Below are positions 5,531-14,294 of a stretch of DNA of 64,000 bases, one piece after another. Below the pieces are notes generated by a model. That model had not been told where the DNA came from and did not search any database. It saw only the letters and a list, made by a program, of their open reading frames with translations. This stretch comes from Lachnospiraceae bacterium. Its GTDB lineage: Bacteria; Bacillota; Clostridia; Lachnospirales; Lachnospiraceae. The position numbers and the translations under genes were made by a program. The stretch covers positions 2,922 through 66,921 of the forward strand of contig JAFVBO010000124.1 of the NCBI GenBank assembly GCA_017479935.1, given 5' to 3'. The number at the start of each line of letters is the position of its first letter. Positions within the stretch are counted from its first letter, which is position 1.

Positions 5531-8047
5531 TTACTCCTTCAGCCAGTCCAGCGCATCGGTATATTCATACGGGAGCCCGTTCGCCTTGGCATACCCGGCG
5601 GCATAGCTGCCGCGGTTGACAATCAAGGATACATGGGGGCTGTCCGAGAAGACACCTTTTTCGATGGTGGTAACGCTGTCCGGCACGAAAACTTCTGTCA
5701 GTTGACTACAATTTTGGAAGGCGCCATAGCCGATCTGAACCACTTCGTCCGGCAGTCTTACCATCTTCAGGCTGTCGCATAAATCAAAAGCAAATTTCCC
5801 GATCACACGGACGCTAGACGGAATGTCCACCTTCCAAAGCTTCCTGCATCCTGAAAAGAGAGAATCGGAAAGGACCTCGACCCCATCCGGCAAAGATATG
5901 CTTTCCAGCTGCGTGCAGTAATGAAAGGCGCCTTTCTCCAGCGTGTTCACCGTTTTCGGAATCTGAATTTCCTTCAGGTTCTTACAGAAAGAAAACGCGT
6001 CTTCCCCAACGATCCGAATCCCATGCGGAATGGAATAGCCCTCCACGGGATTGGCGCGGGGATACAGCAGCAGGCGCTTATCCGGTTTGGAAAAGAGAAC
6101 CCCGCTGATCGAAGCAAACGTAGGATTGTCCGGCGAAACCCGAATTCTTGCCAGGCTATCGCAACGGTCAAATACATCTTCGCCGAGCGTTTTCAGATGT
6201 TCGGGAAGCGTGATGTCCTGCAGATCATCGCAGGACATAAACGCCTGATCCCCAAGCACTTCCAGGCTATCCGGCAGCGCAAGCTTTGTCAGCCTTCCGC
6301 AATAATCGAATGCATGAGCGCCAATCTCTTTTAGCGCGGCCGGCAGCGTGATCTTCCTGAGGTTGTTGCAGCGTTCAAAAGCAAACGGCCCAATCTTTTC
6401 GATGCTGTCGGGAAGACGCAGCTCTCGCAGATCCTCGCAGTGCGAGAACATTTTTTCGGAGAGAACCGCCAATCCGGCCGGAAGGTCCACCTTTGTCAGA
6501 TGGATACATCTGGCGAAAGCGGAGTCGCCAATCGCAGAAACGCTGTCCGGAAGATGAACACCGGTCAACCCGCTACAGCTCGAAAAGGCAGCGGATCCGA
6601 TGCTTTCCGTTTGGGTAGGCAGGGTGATTTCCGAAAGCCCGATGCAGTGCGTAAACGCCAATGCCCCGATCTCCCGGAGCTTTTCCGGAAAATGGATTTC
6701 CTCCAGGCTGCGGCAATGGGAAAAGGCCTCTTTTCCGATGACGGTCAGGTCGTCCGGCATGACGCAAATGCTTAAGTGATCACACCCCAAAAACAGGCGG
6801 TTCGGGAGTTCGCTCATGCCGTCCGGAATGCGGATTTCGGAAAGATTTTCGCACCCGTAAAAGACGCCCTCCTCCATGCCTGCCAGCTTTTCGGGCAGCG
6901 GCATCGCAACCAGGCTTTTGCATTTTCTGAAGACATATTTCCCGATCCTGGTAAGACCGGTTGGCATGCGAACGATCCGCAGACTCGAGCAAAAAGAAAA
7001 CAGGTAGTCGGAAAGCGCCGTCACCGCCTCCGGCAGATCGATTTCCAAAAGCCTTCTGCAATACGAGAAGGCGGACGGCCCGATCATCCGAACGCTCTCC
7101 GGGAGAACGATCCTTTTCAGATGACTGCAGCGCGAAAAGGCCAGTTCGCCGATCTCTGTCACACTGACCGGCAGCCGGATTTCCTTTAGGTCGCTGCACC
7201 CAAAAAAGGTGGATTTTTCAATCCGTTTCACACCCTCCGGGAGCTCAATCCGAGTAAGACCGGAGCAGGAAAACGCCGATTCGCCGATTTCTTCCACGCT
7301 GGTGGGAATTTCAAGCCCGGTCAAACGTGTGCAGTAAGAAAACGCCGAATTTCCGATCTTTTGCAGCCGGTCGGTCAGCTTCACACAGCACAGGTTCTTG
7401 CAGTCATAAAAAGCCGAGGCGCCAATCTGCTCCGTAAACTTCGGGATCTCGTACTCTTCCGCCGTAAAAGCGCACGGATACGCGATCAGCCTCCTGTCCT
7501 GGCGGGAGAAAAGGACCCCCTCCCACATCTCAAAGAACGGATTCTCCCAGACCACCTGGATATCCGTCAGATTGATGCAGCTTGCGAACGGATTCTCCCC
7601 CATCTTCCTCACGTGCTCGGGGATCGTGATTTCCGTCAGCTTTTCGCAGGCCGAAAAGGCATAATCCCCGATCTCCGTCACACCGGCCGGGATCACGACC
7701 TCCGCGAGATTCCGGCAGTTAAAGAACGCAGAGGCGCCGATGCGTTTCAGCCCATCCGGCAGATGAACGGCCGACAGCTTGCTGCACCAGTAAAAGGCGC
7801 GGTCGCTGATCTCTGCAACGCTATCGGGGATCGCAACCTCCACGAGGGCGCTGTTCTCGATGAAAGCAGCGGAAAACGCTTCCTCTCCGATTTTTGTCAC
7901 TTTCCTGCCGGCGATTTCCTCCGGGATTGTTAAAATCTTTTCCTTGCCATGATACTTTTTTAACTCAATTGTTCCGTCGCCCAGAATCTCGTATTCATAG
8001 TCCTGCCAGACATTTCCGATTTTCTCAGCTACCGTATTTTCCCCCAT
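5531..8047 (-). CDS. BspA-type leucine-rich repeat (LRR_5) protein, no signal peptide
   Basis: 838 aa made almost entirely of about 23-aa repeats of the form 'L..I.IP..V..IG..AF..C..L'. The N-terminus is not hydrophobic. Confidence 0.85.
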   Translation of the reverse strand: MGENTVAEKIGNVWQDYEYEILGDGTIELKKYHGKEKILTIPEEIAGRKVTKIGEEAFSAAFIENSALVEVAIPDSVAEISDRAFYWCSKLSAVHLPDGLKRIGASAFFNCRNLAEVVIPAGVTEIGDYAFSACEKLTEITIPEHVRKMGENPFASCINLTDIQVVWENPFFEMWEGVLFSRQDRRLIAYPCAFTAEEYEIPKFTEQIGASAFYDCKNLCCVKLTDRLQKIGNSAFSYCTRLTGLEIPTSVEEIGESAFSCSGLTRIELPEGVKRIEKSTFFGCSDLKEIRLPVSVTEIGELAFSRCSHLKRIVLPESVRMIGPSAFSYCRRLLEIDLPEAVTALSDYLFSFCSSLRIVRMPTGLTRIGKYVFRKCKSLVAMPLPEKLAGMEEGVFYGCENLSEIRIPDGMSELPNRLFLGCDHLSICVMPDDLTVIGKEAFSHCRSLEEIHFPEKLREIGALAFTHCIGLSEITLPTQTESIGSAAFSSCSGLTGVHLPDSVSAIGDSAFARCIHLTKVDLPAGLAVLSEKMFSHCEDLRELRLPDSIEKIGPFAFERCNNLRKITLPAALKEIGAHAFDYCGRLTKLALPDSLEVLGDQAFMSCDDLQDITLPEHLKTLGEDVFDRCDSLARIRVSPDNPTFASISGVLFSKPDKRLLLYPRANPVEGYSIPHGIRIVGEDAFSFCKNLKEIQIPKTVNTLEKGAFHYCTQLESISLPDGVEVLSDSLFSGCRKLWKVDIPSSVRVIGKFAFDLCDSLKMVRLPDEVVQIGYGAFQNCSQLTEVFVPDSVTTIEKGVFSDSPHVSLIVNRGSYAAGYAKANGLPYEYTDALDWLKE

Positions 8048-8121
8048 TTCGTTGTCATCTCCTTTCCGTCCTTCTGCTTTGTCAGCAGCCTTTTGATTTA
8101 CAAAATCTGTTTCGCCAGGTT

Positions 8122-8316
8122 TTATCCTAACGCCACATCCAGCACCATCATCAGCACAAAGCTCAGCGCGAAGGCGATTGTGCCGACATTGGAGTGTTCC
8201 CCTTCCGACATCTCGGGGATCAATTCTTCCACAACGACATAAAACATGGCGCCTGCCGCAAATGCCAGCATGTATGGCAAAATCGCCGTTACCATGCCGG
8301 CGGCCGCAAGCAGGCT
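8122..8316 (-). pseudogene. 3'-terminal remnant of a ZIP-family (ZupT-like) metal transporter gene
   Basis: The minus-strand frame reads ...LLAAAGMVTAILPYMLAFAAGAMFYVVVEELIPEMSEGEHSNVGTIAFALSFVLMMVLDVALG*, which is the conserved C-terminal TM pair of ZupT. The frame is closed by a TAA at 8317-8319, so about 200 codons are missing. Confidence 0.55.
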
Positions 8317-8346
8317 TTACTCTTTATGTTGCCTGGCTTCTTTTCG

Positions 8347-9357
8347 TTATGGCTCATTCTGCTTAACGATCACGTTAAACCGCCCCAGATAACGCACCTC
8401 GGGAATGGCTTCCAGTTCCGCAACGCGCGCATCCGTCATCCCCTTCTGGTCCTCTACCTCGATGATGTAGTTGTATGTTCCCAGCTGACTTCCCTCCGGC
8501 CGGTCATGAATTGTCACCAGCTCCACGCCGCTTTCATGTATGGCAACTATGATATCATCAATCCGATTGGCCTCGCACGTTGCCACAAAGACCGCGTTCG
8601 TCAGCAGCCCCTGTTCCAGTCCGGCAGCCGAAAGCACATAGAAGCGCGTCTTATTCGCATCCGTGATTTGCACATTTTCCGCCAACACGGACAGCCCGTA
8701 CAACTCTGCTGCCCCCGGCGCGGCAATCGCGGCGATGGTCTTGTCACCGCTCTCCGAAACGTAGCTTGCTGCCGCCGCCGTGCTCGCCATTTCCTGCGCG
8801 AGAGCATCCGGCAGATGCTCTTTTCTCCACACCTCGCTCTGCGCGATCCCCTGCGCATGGGAACACACCGTCCGGATATCCGCAAGCGAAGCGCCCGGCA
8901 GCCCCATCAGCGTCTGATTGATCGGAAGGATCACTTCTCCTATCACGTAGATGTTTTCTTCCTTGATCAGCGCGTCTATATAGTTTGTTACGGCACCGCC
9001 CAGCGTATTTTCCTGCGGGATCACCGCATAATCCGCCTCCCCGCTTTTGATGTCCGCGATCGCATCCGGAACCGATGCCTTCGGCTGAAAGCTTCCGCTC
9101 TCGAAAAAGAACTTGGCGGCTTCCTCAGTGTAGGTGCCCTCTGGTCCAAGGTAGCTGATCCTGGCGTTCTCGATCAGCTGCACGGGTGTGGCTGCGAGAT
9201 CGGTAGGGGTGGCCGGGGCAATTTGGTTTTCTGAGTCTGCTTGGCTTTCTGATTCAACTTGACTTTCCGGGGCAACCGGGCTGCTTCCGCAGGCTGCCAG
9301 CATAAGTCCTGTGAGCAGGAATGGCAGCAGCGCCGTGTATATTTTCTTTTTTCTCAT
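8347..9357 (-). CDS. prephenate dehydratase-like protein (PDT + ACT domains) with lipoprotein signal peptide
   Basis: AGGAAG RBS plus ATG at 9357. The N-terminus is MRKKKIYTALLPFLLTGLMLAAC|GSS (lipobox LAAC). This is followed by 'ISYLGPEGTYTEEAA...AVIPQENTLGGAV...TRFYVLS' (PDT domain) and an ACT-like C-terminus. Confidence 0.75.
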   Translation of the reverse strand: MRKKKIYTALLPFLLTGLMLAACGSSPVAPESQVESESQADSENQIAPATPTDLAATPVQLIENARISYLGPEGTYTEEAAKFFFESGSFQPKASVPDAIADIKSGEADYAVIPQENTLGGAVTNYIDALIKEENIYVIGEVILPINQTLMGLPGASLADIRTVCSHAQGIAQSEVWRKEHLPDALAQEMASTAAAASYVSESGDKTIAAIAAPGAAELYGLSVLAENVQITDANKTRFYVLSAAGLEQGLLTNAVFVATCEANRIDDIIVAIHESGVELVTIHDRPEGSQLGTYNYIIEVEDQKGMTDARVAELEAIPEVRYLGRFNVIVKQNEP

Positions 9358-9691
9358 AACATGATCTTCCTTTCGCAAAGCGCTTTCCATCTTGAACGCT
9401 TTCATATTTTTGTAGCAGCATGTCCGTAAGCCCGCGCCCGACTTTTCTGGCATGTGCAGCCGCGTTCCAAAGCCCCATGGGTTCTTTGATGTCTTAGGGC
9501 CAGACACTTTGCAATTGATATTCCAAAGCGCCCGGCCCTATAATTGTGCTGGTTTGCATCCATCCAGATATGAATTATTATAGAGCATAGCCCAAATCCC
9601 GTCAATCAATTGTGTCTCAAACGGGGAATTTCTTCTATTCTTGCTTTTTTTCCCGCATGCCGGCTTGGAAAACCTTCAAAAGAGACTTCAT

Positions 9692-9747
9692 GCAAATGGG
9701 GGCGGGCCTTTTCTGCAAGACTGCGAAAAAGGCCCGCCCCCATTTGC
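9692..9747. terminator. long perfect hairpin (bidirectional terminator-like)
   Basis: GCAAATGGGGGCGGGCCTTTT ... AAAAGGCCCGCCCCCATTTGC forms a 21-bp stem just 3' of the 9759..11141 gene. The GGGGCGGGCC core resembles the GGGGACGGGCC core of the repeat family listed below. Confidence 0.55.
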
Positions 9748-9758
9748 TATAGCTGCCA

Positions 9759-11141
9759 TCATTGGCCGATGCTTTTGGATAGCGCATTCTGTACCGCTAA
9801 AACCAAGGCTTCCGAAGTGGTAGTGGCTGTGCTCACAGCGTCCGCTTCCGGTTGGTTGTTTTCCAGGATGGCCGCAAACACTCCTTTGACGGCCCGGCTG
9901 ACATACGGTTCATCTTCCACATGGCTTTTCAAAGTGAGATCAGTGATACGTCCGTCTTCCACGGTAACGGAAACCTTCAACTTTCCATTATAGCCCAACG
10001 CAGAACCCTGGTAGGTGCCATCCTGCCACGCAGGGGTGGCAGATGTACCGCCCGCCGGGGAAGAAGCTTGTGCAGAACTCTCCTTCTCAGAAGAGCCTTG
10101 CCCGAGACCATCTTTCTCAGAAGACCCCTGCACAGAACCCTCTTTTCCAGAAGAACCCTGCACAAAACCATCTTTCTCAGAAGACCCCTGCGCAGAACCC
10201 TCCTTCTCAGAAGAACCTTCTTGCTCAAAAGAGCCCTGCATGCCACTTTCCTCCGCAGAAAGCCCCGCCTCCGCCTCACCAGGCACATCGAGTGCTCCCT
10301 CTTCCTTTTCAGCGGAAACATCCGCTGCAACACTTCCCTGCGTCTGGCCTTGCTTACCCTGAGATGCGCTGCTGACACTACAGACGCAATACCCGGTAAC
10401 CAGGGCGACCAGGCAGATGGTAATCAGCTGCACAGGAAGAAGCAGATACTCCTTTTGCGTCCGAACCGCCATGCGGTTCAGGCGCAGTGCCCCGTACAGG
10501 CAAAACAGGATCGTGTATAGAATGATGGAGATGGCCGCGTCCCGCTGCCCGGTCTGCACCGCATGAAAGCGGAAAAGCAGAATATGAAGATAAATCAGGG
10601 CATAAAACACATAGGCTGCACGCTGGATGTTCTTCCAGGTTTTGGGGTTCATCTTCCTGCGTATAAACAGGAAGGAAGTGACCCACAAAGGCATGAGCAG
10701 GCAAAGAAGAAGCAGGGAACACAGGCAGGCCCAAAAAACGGACAGTCTGAGCTCTTCCATTCCTTCTAAGAGGAGCGGAAAGTACCGATATCCATACCCA
10801 AATCCATGGCCCATCGCCAGAAATCCGGCGAGGATGGAGAGCTGTTTCCGACACGGGATCACCTTTTTGCGGAGAGCATCTCTATCCGGCAAGGCGCCGG
10901 CCAACATGACTACATAGAACAGCGCTCCGCACAAGGTTCCCTTGGTAAACACCGATAAAACCTGGTCGATGAAAGCCGGCAGGCCATAGGCCTCAGCGGA
11001 AAAACGGAAGGCTGTCAGAAAAAAGGTCACGAGCGAAAGCGCTCCGGTTATGACATAAAACCGTTTTTCCCGTTGCCGTAAGGATGCGGGAAACCAGATG
11101 ACCAGTATGAGAACCAATACCAGGGAGATAATCAGCGTCAT
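9759..11141 (-). CDS. membrane protein: ferric-reductase-like TM domain + low-complexity linker + extracytosolic FMN-binding domain
   Basis: 460 aa with an N-terminal polytopic TM region. The C-terminus 'GTYQGSALGYNGKLKVSVTVEDGRITDL...EADAVSTATTTSEAL' matches the FMN_bind pattern, with DAVSTAT in place of D..SGAT. Confidence 0.75.
   Translation of the reverse strand: MTLIISLVLVLILVIWFPASLRQREKRFYVITGALSLVTFFLTAFRFSAEAYGLPAFIDQVLSVFTKGTLCGALFYVVMLAGALPDRDALRKKVIPCRKQLSILAGFLAMGHGFGYGYRYFPLLLEGMEELRLSVFWACLCSLLLLCLLMPLWVTSFLFIRRKMNPKTWKNIQRAAYVFYALIYLHILLFRFHAVQTGQRDAAISIILYTILFCLYGALRLNRMAVRTQKEYLLLPVQLITICLVALVTGYCVCSVSSASQGKQGQTQGSVAADVSAEKEEGALDVPGEAEAGLSAEESGMQGSFEQEGSSEKEGSAQGSSEKDGFVQGSSGKEGSVQGSSEKDGLGQGSSEKESSAQASSPAGGTSATPAWQDGTYQGSALGYNGKLKVSVTVEDGRITDLTLKSHVEDEPYVSRAVKGVFAAILENNQPEADAVSTATTTSEALVLAVQNALSKSIGQ
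10075..10230. repeat. 30-bp in-frame tandem repeats (GSSEKDG/EGS.Q linker)
   Basis: About 5 copies of TC(C/T)TTCTCAGAAGA(A/G)CC(C/T)TGC.CAGAACC, encoding (Q)GSSEK(E/D)G..., inside CDS 9759..11141. Confidence 0.8.
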
Positions 11142-11154
11142 ATCGTTTTGCTAT

Positions 11155-12450
11155 TTATTTCACCGTCACGGTAAAGGTCAGGGGCGTTTCGTAACCGGTT
11201 GCCTCGACAGTCAGCGTGTACTCGCCACTCTCGCCGAAGATAGGGGTGCTGACAGCATTGGCACCGCGGCCCTGCACGGAAGCAGCTTCCAGATCAACAA
11301 CGCCATCTACATCAATGATGGCAACCGCACCTCTGCCGGAAGCCGCATACTTGGTCTCATTGACGGTGACGGAAGCCAGATTGGAGATGTACGCCGCCAG
11401 CTGCTCCTCCGAGAACCCTTCCGCAGCGACCAGCGCATTCTTTTCTGCATCGTAAGCTGCCGGCAGCTCATCCGTCGAAAGGATGAAGGTGGCCAGCAAG
11501 TCCGCATACTTGCCCATGATATCGCGAACCGTCAAGGTATAAGAACCCGCCAGGGCATTTTCCCAGGTCAGACCGCTTACCTTCAGTCCGTTGCTGACGG
11601 AGAAGGCAGGGAAGAAATCATCCGGAACATCGGTAAAGGTGATCGCCGCTTTTCCGTCCTTGGCCGGTACGCTCTCGATCTCCGCTCCGCCCACAAACTT
11701 AACCGGGACATACAGTTCGGTCTCCAGTACATGGTAGCCGTCGTTCGTAATGTAGGTGATCGCCGTGATCGTCTTGCCCATCAGGCTGACATAATTCTCG
11801 CTGCTCATCACGTTTCCGTGGGGCTCGACGGTGACAACACCGCTGGACCAGCTCAGCTCATCCATCCAGATGTTCTCCAGCTGGCGCATCGCATAAACCT
11901 CGCCATCGGAAGTGGTCAGCAGAACGCCAATAATCGGGCCGATATCAGAAGTGCCATCGTGGTTATTGATCGCGTTGACATCGATCTCATAGTCGCCCCA
12001 GCGGGTATTGGTGGTCAGGACAGCAGTGGCTTTCAAAGGAGTGGTGGCACCCTGTACCGCGGAGAAAGATGCCTTGCCCTCTTCCACCGTCACCTGCTTG
12101 TAGGCGGCGGGCTTTTCTTCCAGCGCCGTGAAGCCATAGTTATTCTCTCCTAACAGGTCCAGGTTTTCTTTGGAAATGCTGACGGGATATACGACACCCA
12201 GAATATCACCGCCATTGTCTTCTTCATGCTTCACGCTATATCCGCCCGTGGCAAGGGTTTCGCTGAACCATTTGGAAGAGGTTGCGGAAGACACGGCATC
12301 CACTTCGTACGCCGGACCTTCCTCGGCATAGAACTCAGCGTAAGGGATCTGCATGGTACCATACAGCATCTCCTCTTCAGCGGCGGCAGCAGGGCTGGCA
12401 GCCATGACAGACATAACACCGGCAATCAGCATAAGTCTCAGTTTCTTCAT
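11155..12450 (-). CDS. secreted protein of unknown function with N-terminal DAVSSAT motif
   Basis: AAAGGAG RBS plus ATG at 12450. Signal peptide is MKKLRLMLIAGVMSVMAASPAAAA. The mature N-terminus contains 'YEVDAVSSATSSKW', which resembles a flavinylation/FMN_bind motif. The gene lies 13 nt upstream of the FMN-binding membrane protein. Confidence 0.6.
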   Translation of the reverse strand: MKKLRLMLIAGVMSVMAASPAAAAEEEMLYGTMQIPYAEFYAEEGPAYEVDAVSSATSSKWFSETLATGGYSVKHEEDNGGDILGVVYPVSISKENLDLLGENNYGFTALEEKPAAYKQVTVEEGKASFSAVQGATTPLKATAVLTTNTRWGDYEIDVNAINNHDGTSDIGPIIGVLLTTSDGEVYAMRQLENIWMDELSWSSGVVTVEPHGNVMSSENYVSLMGKTITAITYITNDGYHVLETELYVPVKFVGGAEIESVPAKDGKAAITFTDVPDDFFPAFSVSNGLKVSGLTWENALAGSYTLTVRDIMGKYADLLATFILSTDELPAAYDAEKNALVAAEGFSEEQLAAYISNLASVTVNETKYAASGRGAVAIIDVDGVVDLEAASVQGRGANAVSTPIFGESGEYTLTVEATGYETPLTFTVTVK

Positions 12451-12563
12451 GAATGATCTCCTTTCAGATGCGGTCGAGCATTTGTATTCGGATGCCAGGT
12501 CCGACAACCTTGCTGGCGGCATAGCGCTCCGGATGCTCGTGTGGATTAGTTTGCGCTAACTGA

Positions 12564-13235
12564 TCAAGGAAAAGAAAAACGATCCGCAGATCGGTTAGCG
12601 TTGACTAATTTAGCACAGGTTTTTGCATTTTGCAAGAAGAATTTTTCAAAATTTGCTTTACGGTTCTGAAAACTTCGGTCTTTTCCGGCACGGTACCAAT
12701 AGGTGGAACCTGTTCCTTCATATTCATATCCAGCTTCATCAAAATACACTGTATTCAATACCGGATACTCGTGGTCACCCCTTATAGGGTCAAAGCTGCC
12801 CTCCCCATAGTATTCCTGTATCCTCACTCCTGTGCTTTCTGCAAATGGGCCTTTGTATTCGTGGTATTCCACGTATGTATCGTGAAATCCAATCACGTGT
12901 GCTACGTATTTGTTGCCATCCCGTTCGACAACATACTCTTCATCTGCAAACGCAAATAGCACAAACGGTGCCGCTGCCCTCCCTGCCATGACCGTAATCG
13001 CAACAAACCCACAGATCAGAAGGATACGCAGAACTTTCCATTTGATCTTTAGAAGCATTTGGATGACTCCGGCAAAAGTTCCCACTAATGCCAGAACCAG
13101 GAAGACGATCAACACCCATTTTCGGAAAGCAAGCCCGAAAGCATTGACTAGAACGGAAGCCAGGGCATATAATAGAATTAACATCGAAACATCCAATAGA
13201 ATAATACGTGGAATGTATCGCTTGATTATACTCAT
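12564..13235 (-). CDS. membrane protein, unknown function
   Basis: 223 aa with three N-terminal TM helices followed by a soluble domain. Its start overlaps the stop of the upstream gene (ATGA). Confidence 0.6.
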   Translation of the reverse strand: MSIIKRYIPRIILLDVSMLILLYALASVLVNAFGLAFRKWVLIVFLVLALVGTFAGVIQMLLKIKWKVLRILLICGFVAITVMAGRAAAPFVLFAFADEEYVVERDGNKYVAHVIGFHDTYVEYHEYKGPFAESTGVRIQEYYGEGSFDPIRGDHEYPVLNTVYFDEAGYEYEGTGSTYWYRAGKDRSFQNRKANFEKFFLQNAKTCAKLVNANRSADRFSFP

Positions 13236-13663
13236 ATTTTCCTCGCTTGATCCTTTAAAATCTGTAGCGTTTTCTCATCCGGTTTTCCACCGAAATACTT
13301 GTCCAGAACCTCCCGGAAAATGCCACATTCAGGGTCAGCCTCCTGAAACAGTGTCATGCAGGACCGTAATTTCAAGTCATCCGGGTACCCCATAACATAT
13401 CCGGCATCATTGGTCTCCAGCGACAACAGGGCCTCACACAGCTCGCACAAATGTGTACGCAGAACCTCATTGGCCAGGTATTCCTTTGCTTCGCCCAGAT
13501 CTTGAATCGCAAACTTTCTTGACATATACGTACTGCCAAGGCCTATGATCTGGGGGATCTCCCACCATGACCAGTGTGAGGATTTAAATCCACTCTTAAA
13601 CTCACGCAAGGCTTGGTCATGCGTGCGCTCCTGTGCCTGAATAAATCTTGCAAGATCGTACAT
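13232..13663 (-). CDS. DUF1810 family protein
   Basis: 'LARFIQAQE...AL.E...G.K.SHW.WWIFPQ'-type N-terminus (here SHWSWWEIPQIIGLG), characteristic of DUF1810. Confidence 0.7.
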   Translation of the reverse strand: MYDLARFIQAQERTHDQALREFKSGFKSSHWSWWEIPQIIGLGSTYMSRKFAIQDLGEAKEYLANEVLRTHLCELCEALLSLETNDAGYVMGYPDDLKLRSCMTLFQEADPECGIFREVLDKYFGGKPDEKTLQILKDQARKI

Positions 13664-13675
13664 TTGCTTGTCTCC

Positions 13676-14284
13676 TCATGGAAGTGGAATGGAAAATAAT
13701 TCCCGATAATCCGCTTTCAGCTTTTTCAGTTCTCCCTTCGATAGCAACTCAGTATAATCGGCCAACAGTTTATTGTACACCGACCATAGATCCCACGAGG
13801 AAACAACCTCCAGCAGCTCATCAACGCTTTCTCTGGAGTAAGGCATCTTCTCAAGATAATCATCAAGAAAAGTATCAAAGTCAGGATAATCCATGTATTC
13901 CATGATATATTTCAATGCCCCTGGCTTGTACTCTTTCGTTTTCTCTTCCAGTAAATCCTGATCATACTCTCCAGGAAGCGGAATGGAAAAGAGTTCCCTA
14001 TAATTCGCTTTCAGCTTTTCCAGTTCCTCCTGCGTTAGAAGCTTGGCATAATCAGTCAACAAGGCATTGTACACCGGCCACAGCTCCCAAGAGGAAATAA
14101 CCTCCAACATCTCATCAACACTCTCTCTGGAGTAAGGCATCTTCTCAAGATAGTCGTCAAGAATCGTATCAAAGTCAGGATCTCCCAGTAATTCGATTAC
14201 ATCTTCCAGTGCTTCGATACCGTCCAGATCTTTGAAAAGTTCATCGTTTTGCGCCTTCAATTTTGCCCCCTCCTTCTTATTCAA
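13676..14284 (-). CDS. hypothetical protein built from two ~95-aa internal repeats
   Basis: 'PDFDT.LDDYLEKMPYSRESVDE.LEV.SSW.LW.VYN.LL.DY..LL...EL.KLKA.YRELFSIPLP' occurs twice. Confidence 0.65.
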   Translation of the reverse strand: MNKKEGAKLKAQNDELFKDLDGIEALEDVIELLGDPDFDTILDDYLEKMPYSRESVDEMLEVISSWELWPVYNALLTDYAKLLTQEELEKLKANYRELFSIPLPGEYDQDLLEEKTKEYKPGALKYIMEYMDYPDFDTFLDDYLEKMPYSRESVDELLEVVSSWDLWSVYNKLLADYTELLSKGELKKLKADYRELFSIPLP

Positions 14285-14294
14285 AAGTCAGCAT

